From the IMG/VR virus record IMGVR_UViG_3300035180_001680: a DNA stretch of 64,000 bases; one strand, given 5' to 3'. Position 1 is the first letter of the stretch; the number at the start of each line of letters is the position of its first letter. Made by a program: the position numbers and the translations under genes. The notes beneath the pieces are model-generated. The model saw nothing but the letters and a program-made list of their open reading frames with translations, was not told the DNA's origin and ran no database searches. Positions 38,059 through 48,339 of this stretch are shown piece by piece. This DNA comes from a virus. Lineage: Duplodnaviria > Caudoviricetes.

Positions 38059-38415
38059 ATGATTACTGTAAGCATTTTAGTGGCAACAATTTGTTTCTCT
38101 GTTAACAACATAGAGGAATGCCACCCTATATTAATTGGTAAAAATACTCCAATCGGAACGTTTCCAATCACACATATGACTACAAAGAAACCAGGGTATG
38201 GTGGAGATATTTTAGTATTCAAAGAAACATCAACCACCCTTTATGCTATTCATCGTCTCTGGAAATTTAACCCTAAGCAAAAACGTGAGCAACGTTTAGC
38301 AACAGCTACCCCAAAAGATAATATAATCACAAGTGGTTGTATTAACGTTGAGTCTAAAGTGTACGAACGATTAACAGCGTGTTGTTCAAAAGAACCACTT
38401 GAAATCAAGAAGTAA
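38059..38415 (+). CDS. YkuD/L,D-transpeptidase-like protein, copy 1
   Basis: YAIHR...ITSGCINV. Confidence 0.65.
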   Translation: MITVSILVATICFSVNNIEECHPILIGKNTPIGTFPITHMTTKKPGYGGDILVFKETSTTLYAIHRLWKFNPKQKREQRLATATPKDNIITSGCINVESKVYERLTACCSKEPLEIKK

Positions 38416-38445
38416 ATCGTGTATAATATCCCCATGGAGGACTTT

Positions 38446-38838
38446 ATGAAATCGATTTTGTTTGCTTTACCCCTGTTTGTTTTTGGTTGTAGCTCGTCGC
38501 CCCCACCAAAACCTGAAAATACTGAATGTATCCAAGTTGCAAAGTACGCTCGAACAGTTGCTACACTTCGTGATATGAATGTTTCTGAATCAGACATTGA
38601 TTCATTTTCGCAAGTTCCTATTGCACTCACATTTCCGTATCGAAAGGTGAGAAGTGAAGTATATGCTACAAAAACTGAAACCCCTGCGGATGCGTTTACT
38701 AAGTTTTATCACAGATGTGATGAGGCTGGATATTCAACACTTTTACAAGCACTCCAAGAAGATGAACGAAGAAGAATTGCAGAAGAGAAGAAAAAAAGCA
38801 GCGGAGGAAGAAGCAACACGTCAACAACGAATTATTAA
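38446..38838 (+). CDS. lipoprotein, copy 1
   Basis: Lipobox VFGC; paralogous to 40726-41184. Confidence 0.7.
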   Translation: MKSILFALPLFVFGCSSSPPPKPENTECIQVAKYARTVATLRDMNVSESDIDSFSQVPIALTFPYRKVRSEVYATKTETPADAFTKFYHRCDEAGYSTLLQALQEDERRRIAEEKKKSSGGRSNTSTTNY

Positions 38839-38905
38839 TGAGATGGTTGAAAAAATGAATAAGGCCAACCCATATATTACTCAACGATGAAATTAGCCGC
38901 TGCCT

Positions 38906-39544
38906 ATGGGGCACACAATCGGAATTAACACCGGCAGGTTAGGGTTTTTGAATGATTTCTCTTCTGTTCGTGAATTTTTAGTGAACAGTTTAGAAAAACT
39001 ATTCACTAAACCACTTGTTGATGTGGATGAACGATTGCTTCTTTCTGTTTCTATCGAGACCAAGACTGAAATTGACTATAATATTGCCGTATCTGTCAAT
39101 GAGTTTTCGATCGCTCATCTCGAGTCAGATACAATTCTGAGTTTTGATATGTTCATTGATGATCGTTTTGCCGGAAGTCACCGAGCGAACAGTGTGATCG
39201 TAGCGACCCCAACTGGATCTACGGCATACTCTTTGTCTGCTGGAGGGGCGATACTACATCCGTATATGGATGCAATCGAAATCGTTCCTGTTGCTTCTCT
39301 GCGAATGGCTTCTCGGCCGATTGCCGTTAGTGGAAAATCTGTTGTCAGAATCGTTGCTAATAGTAACGAACGGCAAGGTCCCATCATCATTCGATCTGAT
39401 GGACAAAAAGTGCTGACCTGGAATAATAGTCGTGAAGCAATCGAAATTGTTGTAAAATGTACTGAAAATAAAGCGAAAATGCTTCACTCGAACGATTGGA
39501 ACTTTTTCGATGTTCTGTCTACAAAAATGGGTTGGTTGACTTAG
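38906..39544 (+). pseudogene. NAD kinase copy 1, N-terminally truncated and frameshifted
   Basis: GINTGRLGFL, VNEFSI, ATPTGSTAYSLSAGG present; GGDGT motif absent; frameshift near 38913. Confidence 0.75.
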
Positions 39545-39703
39545 GAGGTCATGTGAGAATCGTTGGACGTATGATATTGGGTTCATTAATAACAATGGGG
39601 GTTTCCTTTTTCTTTTGGTCCCAGTTTGGTATATTGATCACTATTCTGTGGTCAGGGTCAGCATTCTACCTTGGTGAACTTTAGATGGCAGTATGGATAA
39701 GGA

Positions 39704-40126
39704 GTGGTGTTTATGAAGTTCCATAAAGAAGTGGTTGAGTTGGGGTTTGAGTTTTCACATCCTTCATCTCTTATGGTAATTCTTCACGTTGAAAAAGATG
39801 TACCAAAGTTCAACGTGTTTGAATGTTTGTACAATAAATTGAAATCACTATTTGTCAAACGGTCGCGTGTTGCATTGTTTGCACGATGCACTCCAAGTAT
39901 TTTTCGTGCTTCGTTGTCAGAAAGAATTGGTTTTCAACCAATTGCTTTGGCAGATAGGGTTTGGGATCTGACACACAAATATAAGATAAAAGATAGATAC
40001 TCTCCTGAGTCTAAATTGACTCAAGATGAAATGGTACTGTTTGACAATTGTCCAGTTTGGACAAAAGATCAACTAAAAAAGTGGATGAAAATAGACACCG
40101 GAATCGGTGACGATGTTGTAATATAA
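39704..40126 (+). CDS. hypothetical protein
   Basis: AAGGAG RBS. Confidence 0.65.
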   Translation: MVFMKFHKEVVELGFEFSHPSSLMVILHVEKDVPKFNVFECLYNKLKSLFVKRSRVALFARCTPSIFRASLSERIGFQPIALADRVWDLTHKYKIKDRYSPESKLTQDEMVLFDNCPVWTKDQLKKWMKIDTGIGDDVVI

Positions 40127-40137
40127 AAGGAAAAATA

Positions 40138-40308
40138 ATGATAGCTCAATTTGCAGAACTCACAAGGGCATACCTTGAACCTCACCGACATTACCATACC
40201 CTTGATCACATTATTCGTATGTTGAATACAATTCGTGATCATAAGCTGGATGCAACCAAGGGATTGTTTGGACATCTTCTGAGCACGCATATCAAGCTGC
40301 GAAGCTGA
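40138..40308 (+). pseudogene. HD-type phosphohydrolase N-terminal fragment
   Basis: AYLEPHRHYHTLDHI, then truncation. Confidence 0.65.
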
Positions 40309-40583
40309 AAGATAAAGACAAGATGTTGAAGTTTTCGAAACTTTCAACACCAAAAGATCCGGGTTACGGTGGAGACGTTTTGCAGTTTTACGAGGATTCA
40401 AAAAAAGTATACGCAATTCATCGACTTTGGCTTTTGAGACCATCTGAACATCGTGCTGCTCGTATATTATCAGAGAATCCCAAACAACACATGATAACAC
40501 ATGGTTGTATTAATGTGGAACCTGAAGTTTATGATAAGTTGGTAAATTGTTGTTTAACTGATAAATTGGAAATAAGAAAATGA
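40245..40583 (+). pseudogene. chimera of NADAR N-terminal fragment and YkuD-like C-terminus
   Basis: In frame: GIVWTSSEHAYQAAK (NADAR motif)...LSTPK|DPGYGGD...ITHGCINV. Confidence 0.7.
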
Positions 40584-40725
40584 AGATTCTAGTATTTTTT
40601 GGGGAATTTGTAACTGTGGCACTAGTTGGTATAGTAATTGGTATAGCAATTGGTATAGCAATTGGTATAGTAATCGGGACCGGTTTAATCCATTATGCTA
40701 AACAGATATATAAGTTCATTTTCTA

Positions 40726-41184
40726 ATGAAGAAATTTATAGCAGTATGTTTTGTATTAACTCTTTCAGCTTGTAGTGAAATCCCAACACAGCAACCGGTA
40801 GTTGATACACAGTGCCAAGTTGTAGCTTCATATGCAAGAACAGTTGATACGTTAAAAAGAATGAATGTGGGAATAGAAGACTTAGACCAATATTCTGTTA
40901 AATCGAGTGTGTTAACTTTTCCTTATAAAGCAGTAAGACTTAATGTTTATTCTAATAATTACAAAACACCAACGGAAGCGTTTACTGTATTATATACTAA
41001 GTGTTTGGATGGGGGATACAACAATCTATTAGTTACTTTAAGAGAGGTCAGCAAACAACAAATTATCGTTGAACAAACAAACAGTGAGAAACTTGAAGAT
41101 TTAGCACCCAGTTGGAACCAACAGTTGTCTCCTTTTGCTGGTCAACTTAAAATGTCAACCAAATTAAGATACGCCCCTCAATAA
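40726..41184 (+). CDS. lipoprotein, copy 2
   Basis: Lipobox LSAC; CQVVASYARTV...LTFPY parallels copy 1. Confidence 0.7.
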   Translation: MKKFIAVCFVLTLSACSEIPTQQPVVDTQCQVVASYARTVDTLKRMNVGIEDLDQYSVKSSVLTFPYKAVRLNVYSNNYKTPTEAFTVLYTKCLDGGYNNLLVTLREVSKQQIIVEQTNSEKLEDLAPSWNQQLSPFAGQLKMSTKLRYAPQ

Positions 41185-41313
41185 AATAAAACCCCTTTTC
41201 GGGGTTTTATTTTTGGGGCGTTCCGTTCCCCGAACTACACAACGGTCCTAAGTGTTGTGTTTATTAAATATTTATAGTATTATGTCAAATATTAAAATCG
41301 GTTGGAGATTTAC

Positions 41314-42144
41314 ATGAAGTTTGATCGAGTGGTTATTATCCAAAAACTGGATAATAAAGAAGATGTTATTGTAAAACACATTGTATCGTCTATGATTCAT
41401 TTAGTTGAAAAATACAATATTCCTGTTGTGTTAGATTCAAATTCTACTTATAATTCAAACACATTGTTTATAGCAGTAGGTGGGGATGGAACAATGCTAT
41501 ACACCCTAAAAAAAGCAGCTGCTGTTGGGGCTCTTGCTATTGGTGTAAATGCTGGGAAAGTTGGTTTTTTGACAGATGTTTTTCGTGAACAATTATTTAC
41601 AACACTGGCTCCATTATTGTCTGATCAATCATACGTTCCACCAATTCTTCTACGAATGATGTTAAAAACTTCTGTTTGTGGGTCTGAATTTATTTCGATG
41701 AATGAATTAACAATTGCCCATTCAGAGTCAGATACTATTTTAAACTTTGGGTTATTTATAGATGGTGAATTTGCTGGAAGTCACCGTGCAAACAGTGTGG
41801 TAATATCTACACCAACGGGTTCAACAGCATATGCATTATCAGCAGGTGGCGCAATTTTACATCCTTCTATGGAAGCTATTGAAATTGTCCCAGTTGCCTC
41901 TTTGAAAATGGCTTCCCGACCTATTGTTGTGAGTGGACACTCCACGATTCGAATTGAAGCAAAATACTCACAAGGGTTACCGGTTGTGATTCGTTCCGAC
42001 GGACAAAAAGCCTTTGTCCAATCGAGTGATACAAAAGAAGTAGAGATTACAGTTAAACAATCAGATCAAAAGGCTAAAGCTATTTTAAGTAAAGATTGGA
42101 ACTTTTTTGATGTGTTGTCGACGAAAATGGGTTGGTTATCTTAA
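41314..42144 (+). CDS. nadK: NAD kinase, full length
   Basis: GGDGT, NAGKVGFL, MNELTI, STPTGSTAYALSAGG, DG motif. Confidence 0.9.
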   Translation: MKFDRVVIIQKLDNKEDVIVKHIVSSMIHLVEKYNIPVVLDSNSTYNSNTLFIAVGGDGTMLYTLKKAAAVGALAIGVNAGKVGFLTDVFREQLFTTLAPLLSDQSYVPPILLRMMLKTSVCGSEFISMNELTIAHSESDTILNFGLFIDGEFAGSHRANSVVISTPTGSTAYALSAGGAILHPSMEAIEIVPVASLKMASRPIVVSGHSTIRIEAKYSQGLPVVIRSDGQKAFVQSSDTKEVEITVKQSDQKAKAILSKDWNFFDVLSTKMGWLS

Positions 42145-42156
42145 AAAGGGAATTTC

Positions 42157-42501
42157 ATGAATATTAATATTGCTAAAATAACAAAGGCTTATATGGAGCC
42201 ACATCGTTACTACCACACATTACCATATTATAGATATGTTTGATGCTGCTTGACGATTCCATTTGCAGTTAAATTTGATATTATGTTTGAGATTGTAAAA
42301 GCAAAATTTTTTCAGAATAAAGATTTAGCTGAACGATTAATAGCTACTGGTGATGCTTATCTGGAAGAAACAAATACTTGGCATGATACAGTTTGGGGAG
42401 TGTGTAATGGTATTGGAACAAACTGGCTTGGACAAATATTATCTCTAGTTCGACTAGATTTAATACATAAAAAGTTTATTGAGGAGACTATAGATGGATA
42501 A
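42157..42501 (+). pseudogene. frameshifted HD fragment joined to a NADAR (YbiA-like) C-terminal fragment
   Basis: AYMEPHRYYHTL; KFFQNKDLAERLIATGDAYLEETNTWHDTVWG...NWLGQIL. Confidence 0.7.
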
Positions 42502-42700
42502 ATTTGATTTAGAGCAAGCAATATTAATGGCGTGGCACACCAGTGATGACCTTCGGTTGGTGATCGAATATATTACTGAACAGAACCTTTCAACAGATCA
42601 AATTTTAAATATGTTGATAGGATTAGCGGGACTTCATGACCTTCGTTGTGAAAAAACGGTTAATGTATTTGAACGACTGATTAATGAAAGAAAAATTTAA
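42494..42700 (+). CDS. hypothetical protein
   Basis: GAGGAG RBS. Confidence 0.65.
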   Translation: MDKFDLEQAILMAWHTSDDLRLVIEYITEQNLSTDQILNMLIGLAGLHDLRCEKTVNVFERLINERKI

Positions 42701-43443
42701 TGATATCCCATCCAACGTTTAATAGAGGTAACATCTATTTATCTGGTGCTATGGAGTTTGCTAGCGATGGACAATTTGGGAAACTGTGGAGGGAACAGTG
42801 TTCCGTTGAACTAAAAAAGATGGGATACTATCCTTTGGATATCACAGCGCTTGATGTTGCGTATTCTGAACAACATGGTGATATTTTTCGAGTCATCGAT
42901 AAAACTGATCCGTTGCAACGAAAAATGCATATTAGAAAACACTTTGTCTACACCGACTTACAGTTAATCGAAAAGGATTCAGATGCATTAATTGTTCTTC
43001 TCGATGAAGGGGTTCAAAAAGGAGCAGGGACAATTTCAGAGTGTCAATTTGCATACACAAAAGATATTCCCATCTTTGTCGTTAATGCTCTCCCACAAAG
43101 TGAACGGGTTAGTGGGTGGTTGTTTGCGCTATCAACCAAAATATTTGATTCATTTGATGAACTGTATGTTTATTTGAATGCTCTTCCAAGAGAAATTTTA
43201 AAACGAGACATTTTTGGCAATCATCATGGAAGTGATCATTATTTGTGTTCTTTGTGTGGTGACTCATTTAAGAAAAATAAAACACACTATGTATCAAAGG
43301 TTTCCCCTCTTTATTGTAAGAGCTGTGTCGATCTGGTGAAAGAAACACACGAGATGCATAAAGATCGTTATGAATTCATGGTTGAGTGTTTGAGTTCCGA
43401 AGCCACCACAGACGACCCTCCACTCAGAACGAGTGCTGTTTGA
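42700..43443 (+). CDS. nucleoside 2-deoxyribosyltransferase-like protein with C-terminal zinc finger
   Basis: IYLSGAM, DLQLIE..SDALI, GTISECQFA; CSLC...CKSC. Confidence 0.7.
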   Translation: MISHPTFNRGNIYLSGAMEFASDGQFGKLWREQCSVELKKMGYYPLDITALDVAYSEQHGDIFRVIDKTDPLQRKMHIRKHFVYTDLQLIEKDSDALIVLLDEGVQKGAGTISECQFAYTKDIPIFVVNALPQSERVSGWLFALSTKIFDSFDELYVYLNALPREILKRDIFGNHHGSDHYLCSLCGDSFKKNKTHYVSKVSPLYCKSCVDLVKETHEMHKDRYEFMVECLSSEATTDDPPLRTSAV

Positions 43444-43583
43444 TTGCAAAATATAGTGAAAAAGTTTCCTTTGGTGGAAATAGATATACCACCTTGTCCC
43501 AGGTGTGGAAGATGTATTGGTAGTGGAGTAAGTAAGTTGTGTAGTGATAAAAGTTGTCCCAACAAACATTAAAAGGAAATAAA

Positions 43584-43868
43584 ATGCCATATGTGAAACA
43601 AGTCATTCGTGAAGAATTGGATGAACCAATTTCTGAATTGTCAGAAGCTATTCTTCGTTTATACAAAAACGAAGGTCGAGATCGTGACGGAATGTTGAAC
43701 TATACCATCACCAAAATGTTGTTACAAACATATCCAAGTGTTTCATATAAAATTTACAATGAAATCATAGGGTTATTGGAGTGCTGTAAACTTGAGTTCT
43801 ATCGTAAGCAAGTAGCTGATTATGAAGATGAAAAAGAAGCTGAAAACGGAAAAGTAACAAAGGATTGA
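43584..43868 (+). CDS. conserved hypothetical phage protein
   Basis: MPYVKQ...LNYTIT...LECCKLEFYR...YEDEK. Confidence 0.75.
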   Translation: MPYVKQVIREELDEPISELSEAILRLYKNEGRDRDGMLNYTITKMLLQTYPSVSYKIYNEIIGLLECCKLEFYRKQVADYEDEKEAENGKVTKD

Positions 43869-43869
43869 T

Positions 43870-44178
43870 ATGAACTATTGGGAAGACCGAATCTCCAATC
43901 AAACGTTCGATGGTGATCAAAAATATAGAGTGTTTGTAGTTCATAATTTTTATAATGGGCACTGTTATGACTACTCTGGACGCACGTGTGTAGTTTATGG
44001 TCGTAGTCCGGAAGACGCTCTTGCGCGTGCCCGGTGGGATAAAGAACTGATTGAGGGAGATTTCAGAAAACGGAGAGTTTGCTCTACCCCTTTTAGTAAA
44101 GGTCGATTGTTGATTAAAAAATCAGACAAATATCATTTAAAGGATCGTGATATACATTCTCCACTTTTGATAGGATAA
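43870..44178 (+). CDS. hypothetical protein
   Basis: AAGGA RBS. Confidence 0.6.
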   Translation: MNYWEDRISNQTFDGDQKYRVFVVHNFYNGHCYDYSGRTCVVYGRSPEDALARARWDKELIEGDFRKRRVCSTPFSKGRLLIKKSDKYHLKDRDIHSPLLIG

Positions 44179-44181
44179 CAA

Positions 44182-44646
44182 ATGAAACATTTAAAGAAAG
44201 ATTTAACCACCGTTGAATGTGGGTTAATTATACATGGGGTAAATTGTAGGGGATCATTTGGGTCAGGAATTGCAGGTGCAATCCGTCGTAAGTGGCCTTC
44301 TGTATACCAATCATATATGAATGCATACCACAATTCCAGAGAGAATAACACACAGTTACTTGGTGATGTTGATTTTGCTCTTGTTCACGACGAACCTCTA
44401 TTATATGTTGCAAATTTGTTTAGTCAAGAATATTATGGAAATGACGGGAAGACATACGCGAATCCAATGGCAATTAAACTTGGTCTAACGAAATGTTTTA
44501 TGTTCGCTGACAAAAACGACCTTACAATATACTCTGGAAAGGTTGGATGTGGATTGGGCGGGTTACGTTGGGCAAATGACGTTGAACCGATTTTTGAACA
44601 ATTGGAAACCCAGTTTTCTAAATCAGTATATATTTGTGATATCTAA
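44182..44646 (+). CDS. macro domain protein (T4 Tk.4-like)
   Basis: IIHGVNCRGSFGSGIAGAIRRKWP, VANLFSQ, GCGLGGL.W. Confidence 0.88.
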   Translation: MKHLKKDLTTVECGLIIHGVNCRGSFGSGIAGAIRRKWPSVYQSYMNAYHNSRENNTQLLGDVDFALVHDEPLLYVANLFSQEYYGNDGKTYANPMAIKLGLTKCFMFADKNDLTIYSGKVGCGLGGLRWANDVEPIFEQLETQFSKSVYICDI

Positions 44647-44653
44647 GAAAATT

Positions 44654-45085
44654 ATGAATACCGAACTTAATATTGAAAGATTGCATCATGTAACTGAATG
44701 TCTTCAGATGGGAATTAGATTACCAAGACAGAGTGGAAAAACACTATCGATGATATATCAACTTATTGGTTCTGTTGAAGTCGCACAACCAAATTCTACA
44801 TTCGTAGTTATCGCTCATAATTCCCACTGGCGAAAACAATTAATTCTTCAAGTACTAGATGAAATTGAACACAATTCATCTATTGGAATGCAGCTTGTGA
44901 AACAAACTGAATTTCTAACAGTAAACGGAATTCACGTTATGTTTATATTACCAGAAGATGTTAAGTATCGTGGGTTATGTGGAATTAATGTCACAAATTA
45001 TTTTATTGACGACGAAGAACAGTTTTATGAGATTTACAAATACGACGCAGATGAGATAATCAGTCATTTACAAACAAGATTATAA
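44654..45085 (+). CDS. short P-loop protein
   Basis: LPRQSGKT and YFIDD; only about 143 aa. Confidence 0.6.
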   Translation: MNTELNIERLHHVTECLQMGIRLPRQSGKTLSMIYQLIGSVEVAQPNSTFVVIAHNSHWRKQLILQVLDEIEHNSSIGMQLVKQTEFLTVNGIHVMFILPEDVKYRGLCGINVTNYFIDDEEQFYEIYKYDADEIISHLQTRL

Positions 45086-45094
45086 GGAGAAAAC

Positions 45095-45283
45095 ATGCTT
45101 ACAGATTCAACCCCAACTAAGACAATCATTTTTGTTAAATCATCTAAAGGAACATTTGGTCCCTACCCATCACGAATGTTTGCTGAACAAATGGTTATGA
45201 ATGGACAAATTCCAAAAAACCCAAATGAACTTCCACAGATTGTGGAGAGATATGAAGACGGAAAAGAACTTCTCCTTGGATAA
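45095..45283 (+). CDS. hypothetical protein
   Basis: AAGGAG RBS. Confidence 0.6.
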   Translation: MLTDSTPTKTIIFVKSSKGTFGPYPSRMFAEQMVMNGQIPKNPNELPQIVERYEDGKELLLG

Positions 45284-45541
45284 TTTTAAAATAATTGGTG
45301 AATGTAGTAAATATCTTTTATCGTTGGTTGGGGTTAAAATATGGATAAAACAGAACTGTTAATTTCAGTGATTGATAAAGCAAGCGAATTATATGATATT
45401 CTTACAGATTCCGATTTATTGGACCCTGTTGAAACTGAAGGTGCATTGGAGCTCCTTCAACAATTCCGAGAAGAATTAGAAATATTAGTTGATTAAAAAA
45501 TGATGTTCAGTTATACTTTCTGGTAATAATCTGGGAACAAG

Positions 45542-46639
45542 ATGTCACTGAACAAAAAAGTTAAACCCGAAAAGACGTTTCGGGTTTTAGTTGAACACGG
45601 CCCAACTCAATCCGAATCAACGATTTATATAGTCAAAGCAAGGAGCGTTCAAGAAGCTAGTGCTCATGCTTTGGAAATACATATAAACGATAATCCCTCT
45701 CATCACCCTGTAGCACCACTTTCCACTATAACTGTCTTCAAAGAAGGTGGTAACGCTTTACGTAATTCTAAAGTCACCAGAATTCCAAAAGAAGAAGTTT
45801 CTTCAACGGTAAAATATGTCAGTACCCTCTCTGGTGTTCCACTCGAAGATTTACATATTCTTGGTTCAACAGGGAAAAATAAAACAAGTGGAGACATGGA
45901 TTTGGGTATTGATGTAAACAAATATGATCCGGAACAGCTTCACCAACTAATGGTTGATAAGCTTGGGACAGACTACGCTACCTACAATAAAGGGAACAAA
46001 ATAGGGAGTTATGCAGTTCCTATTGGAGGGAATATTCAGAAAGGTCTTGTTCAAGTTGATTTTATGTATGTTCAAAACACCGAATGGGCGAAGTTTTCAT
46101 ATTTTTCTGCCGGGGAACAAAAATCAAAATTTAAAGGTGTTGTGAGAACTATATTACTTCGTTCTATCGCTTCTGCTTTATACGAAGAAGGTGTCGATAT
46201 GCTCATATATGATGCTCAAACAAATGACCTTATAATCCGTATCGGTCGTTCAATGGATATGACTTGTGGTCTCCGTAGAATTTTTCAACTTCGGCCAAAG
46301 AAGAAACGTGGTGAAGGTTATTTGGTTTCAATGAAAACAGTAACACTTGAAGAATTAGAAGCAACATACCCAGGTTTAAATTTTGATAAAATTAAAAAAT
46401 TTGAAACTGTTGATACACCTGATGATGCGTTAAAGATAATGTTTGGTTTTCCTGTAAAAACGTCTCAAGTTGAAACTGCTGAACAGATTATTCAATTGAT
46501 TGAACAAATGCCCATAAATAAACAAATGATTATAAAGCAAAAATCAAAAGAACATCTAATGGATTCTGGTAAATTTACAGAAGATCAAGTGAGTGATTTG
46601 TTTAAAGGAAGACAAGATGAAAATAAAGGACTTGTTTGA
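45542..46639 (+). CDS. Pol-beta superfamily nucleotidyltransferase-like protein
   Basis: LGSTGK..SGDMDL and VQVDFM give the three-acid signature. Confidence 0.7.
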   Translation: MSLNKKVKPEKTFRVLVEHGPTQSESTIYIVKARSVQEASAHALEIHINDNPSHHPVAPLSTITVFKEGGNALRNSKVTRIPKEEVSSTVKYVSTLSGVPLEDLHILGSTGKNKTSGDMDLGIDVNKYDPEQLHQLMVDKLGTDYATYNKGNKIGSYAVPIGGNIQKGLVQVDFMYVQNTEWAKFSYFSAGEQKSKFKGVVRTILLRSIASALYEEGVDMLIYDAQTNDLIIRIGRSMDMTCGLRRIFQLRPKKKRGEGYLVSMKTVTLEELEATYPGLNFDKIKKFETVDTPDDALKIMFGFPVKTSQVETAEQIIQLIEQMPINKQMIIKQKSKEHLMDSGKFTEDQVSDLFKGRQDENKGLV

Positions 46640-47225
46640 ATTAACTGGAGCAGATTCATATCGTAGAGTTGTTTCTATAGAAAAGTCACATTCAGGTAAA
46701 GATACCAAAGAAACAAAAGTGTTAGGCAAAGGTTCTCAAGGTATTGCCGTTGAACGAACCAAAAAAACCAATATGGTAACAAAAGTTTTTGGAATAAATT
46801 CTGAATACGATGGGTTCTTGAGTTTTGTTAGATTGGCTCAAAGAAGGCGCAATATTCATTTTCCTCGGTTCGAAAATCTACGAATATATGATAAGCCTTT
46901 TATAAGTAGTGATGTAACCTTTAAAAAAACAGCTGCTGTTGATATGGAAAAGCTTGTTCCATTAGATAATGAAAAAGTCAAAGATGCTGTTGAAGCAAAA
47001 TTGAAAAGTTATGGTGTATTACTTAAAGATGACAAGTTGGGGCGTGGGTTTAGTTTAGATAGAATAAATGCTGATGCAATTAAAGATGCGCACTTCAAAC
47101 ACGCAGTTCAACTAGTTAGAGAACTTTCAAATTTTACTGATATGGGTTCACGGAATATAATGGTGAGAGTTACTTCAACAGGACCACAGATAGTATTAAT
47201 GGACCCAATATATAATCCACTGTAA
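46617..47225 (+). CDS. protein-kinase-like protein
   Basis: LGKGSQGIA, VTKVF, DMGSRNIM, VLMDP. Confidence 0.7.
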   Translation: MKIKDLFELTGADSYRRVVSIEKSHSGKDTKETKVLGKGSQGIAVERTKKTNMVTKVFGINSEYDGFLSFVRLAQRRRNIHFPRFENLRIYDKPFISSDVTFKKTAAVDMEKLVPLDNEKVKDAVEAKLKSYGVLLKDDKLGRGFSLDRINADAIKDAHFKHAVQLVRELSNFTDMGSRNIMVRVTSTGPQIVLMDPIYNPL

Positions 47226-47234
47226 GGAACAATT

Positions 47235-47651
47235 ATGAAACTTCGTGACTTAACAGAGATGGCTGCTGTATCTTTTACCAAGGTTCGTTCAATTTTTAAA
47301 AGTAACTTTGCAAAACGAAAATTAGAACTTGGACTTCCAACTCACTCACATGAGAGGGCGGTTGATGGTGAACGTGGAGATAGTATAGCAGAAGAAGATT
47401 TGATTCAAGCTCTCCAAAAATTCTTAAAAAAATTTGATGCACATTCTGGAGACGTTGAGAAAGTGTTTAAGCAAGCTGAACAAGACGAATCGGTCGAAGT
47501 GACGTTTCGATATGCGATTGATGATACATTTGTTAATTTTCCCACTGTAATCAAGCATTTAGGGAACGGTCGTTATAAATTTATAATCAAAACACTTATG
47601 GTTAAAAAGAATTTTAAAACACATGAAAATGATATTGTAATAAATCTTTGA
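47235..47651 (+). CDS. hypothetical, probable virion-internal protein
   Basis: N-terminus MKLRDLTE. Confidence 0.7.
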   Translation: MKLRDLTEMAAVSFTKVRSIFKSNFAKRKLELGLPTHSHERAVDGERGDSIAEEDLIQALQKFLKKFDAHSGDVEKVFKQAEQDESVEVTFRYAIDDTFVNFPTVIKHLGNGRYKFIIKTLMVKKNFKTHENDIVINL

Positions 47652-47690
47652 TATTAGTATAAATACTTCTAAATTCAGCGGAGTATTATT

Positions 47691-48059
47691 GTGCCTCAAG
47701 CATATGTAAACAAATTAGCTAAAAAACATGGGATGGGTGTATCTACAGCAGAACGTAGATGGAATCGCGCAAAAGATGCAGCTAAAAGTGAAGGTCGTGG
47801 TGAAGACTATGCTTATATTACAGGGATATTTAAAAAAATGATGAATGAAGGATATAACAGTAAGCGGGAACACGAATATAATATGGATGCAGATCAACGT
47901 GAAATGGATAGTCGAGATGCACAAGAAGAAGATATGAGTGACGCATATATTGACCCAAAGACTTACGAAATCAAGTCTAAGAAAAAAGTTAAAAAACCAG
48001 TCGTTGGAGAAAAATTTACCTTTAAAGATTTTCTTATGTTAGAACAAGGAGTTAAATGA
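47691..48059 (+). CDS. hypothetical basic/acidic late protein
   Basis: TATAAATA at 47658; GGAG RBS with GTG start. Confidence 0.7.
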   Translation: MPQAYVNKLAKKHGMGVSTAERRWNRAKDAAKSEGRGEDYAYITGIFKKMMNEGYNSKREHEYNMDADQREMDSRDAQEEDMSDAYIDPKTYEIKSKKKVKKPVVGEKFTFKDFLMLEQGVK

Positions 48060-48328
48060 TGTCTACAGTAACATATAAATATGATCCTGGAACAACTGTT
48101 AGTGTGTTAATTCCTGGAAGTTGTCCATCAACTTATACTGCTGAAATGGCAGTTGTTAATCGTGTTGATATCGTCGTTTCTCCTGTGGCACCAACGTTAT
48201 CAATTAGTTATGTTGTTACACTATCATCCACAAATGTTGTTAAGACTATTAATGAAGTGGATACGTTTGTAGATAAACCAACTGCTGTCCTTGAAGCTGT
48301 TTCTCGTTATCAATCTACATTTAATTAA
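48056..48328 (+). CDS. hypothetical protein
   Basis: Overlaps upstream stop. Confidence 0.65.
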   Translation: MMSTVTYKYDPGTTVSVLIPGSCPSTYTAEMAVVNRVDIVVSPVAPTLSISYVVTLSSTNVVKTINEVDTFVDKPTAVLEAVSRYQSTFN

Positions 48329-48339
48329 GGAATTGGGAA

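Noticed and set aside
44654-45085. Terminase large subunit
   Set aside because: Has an RQSGKT Walker A motif but is only about 143 aa and lacks a nuclease domain.
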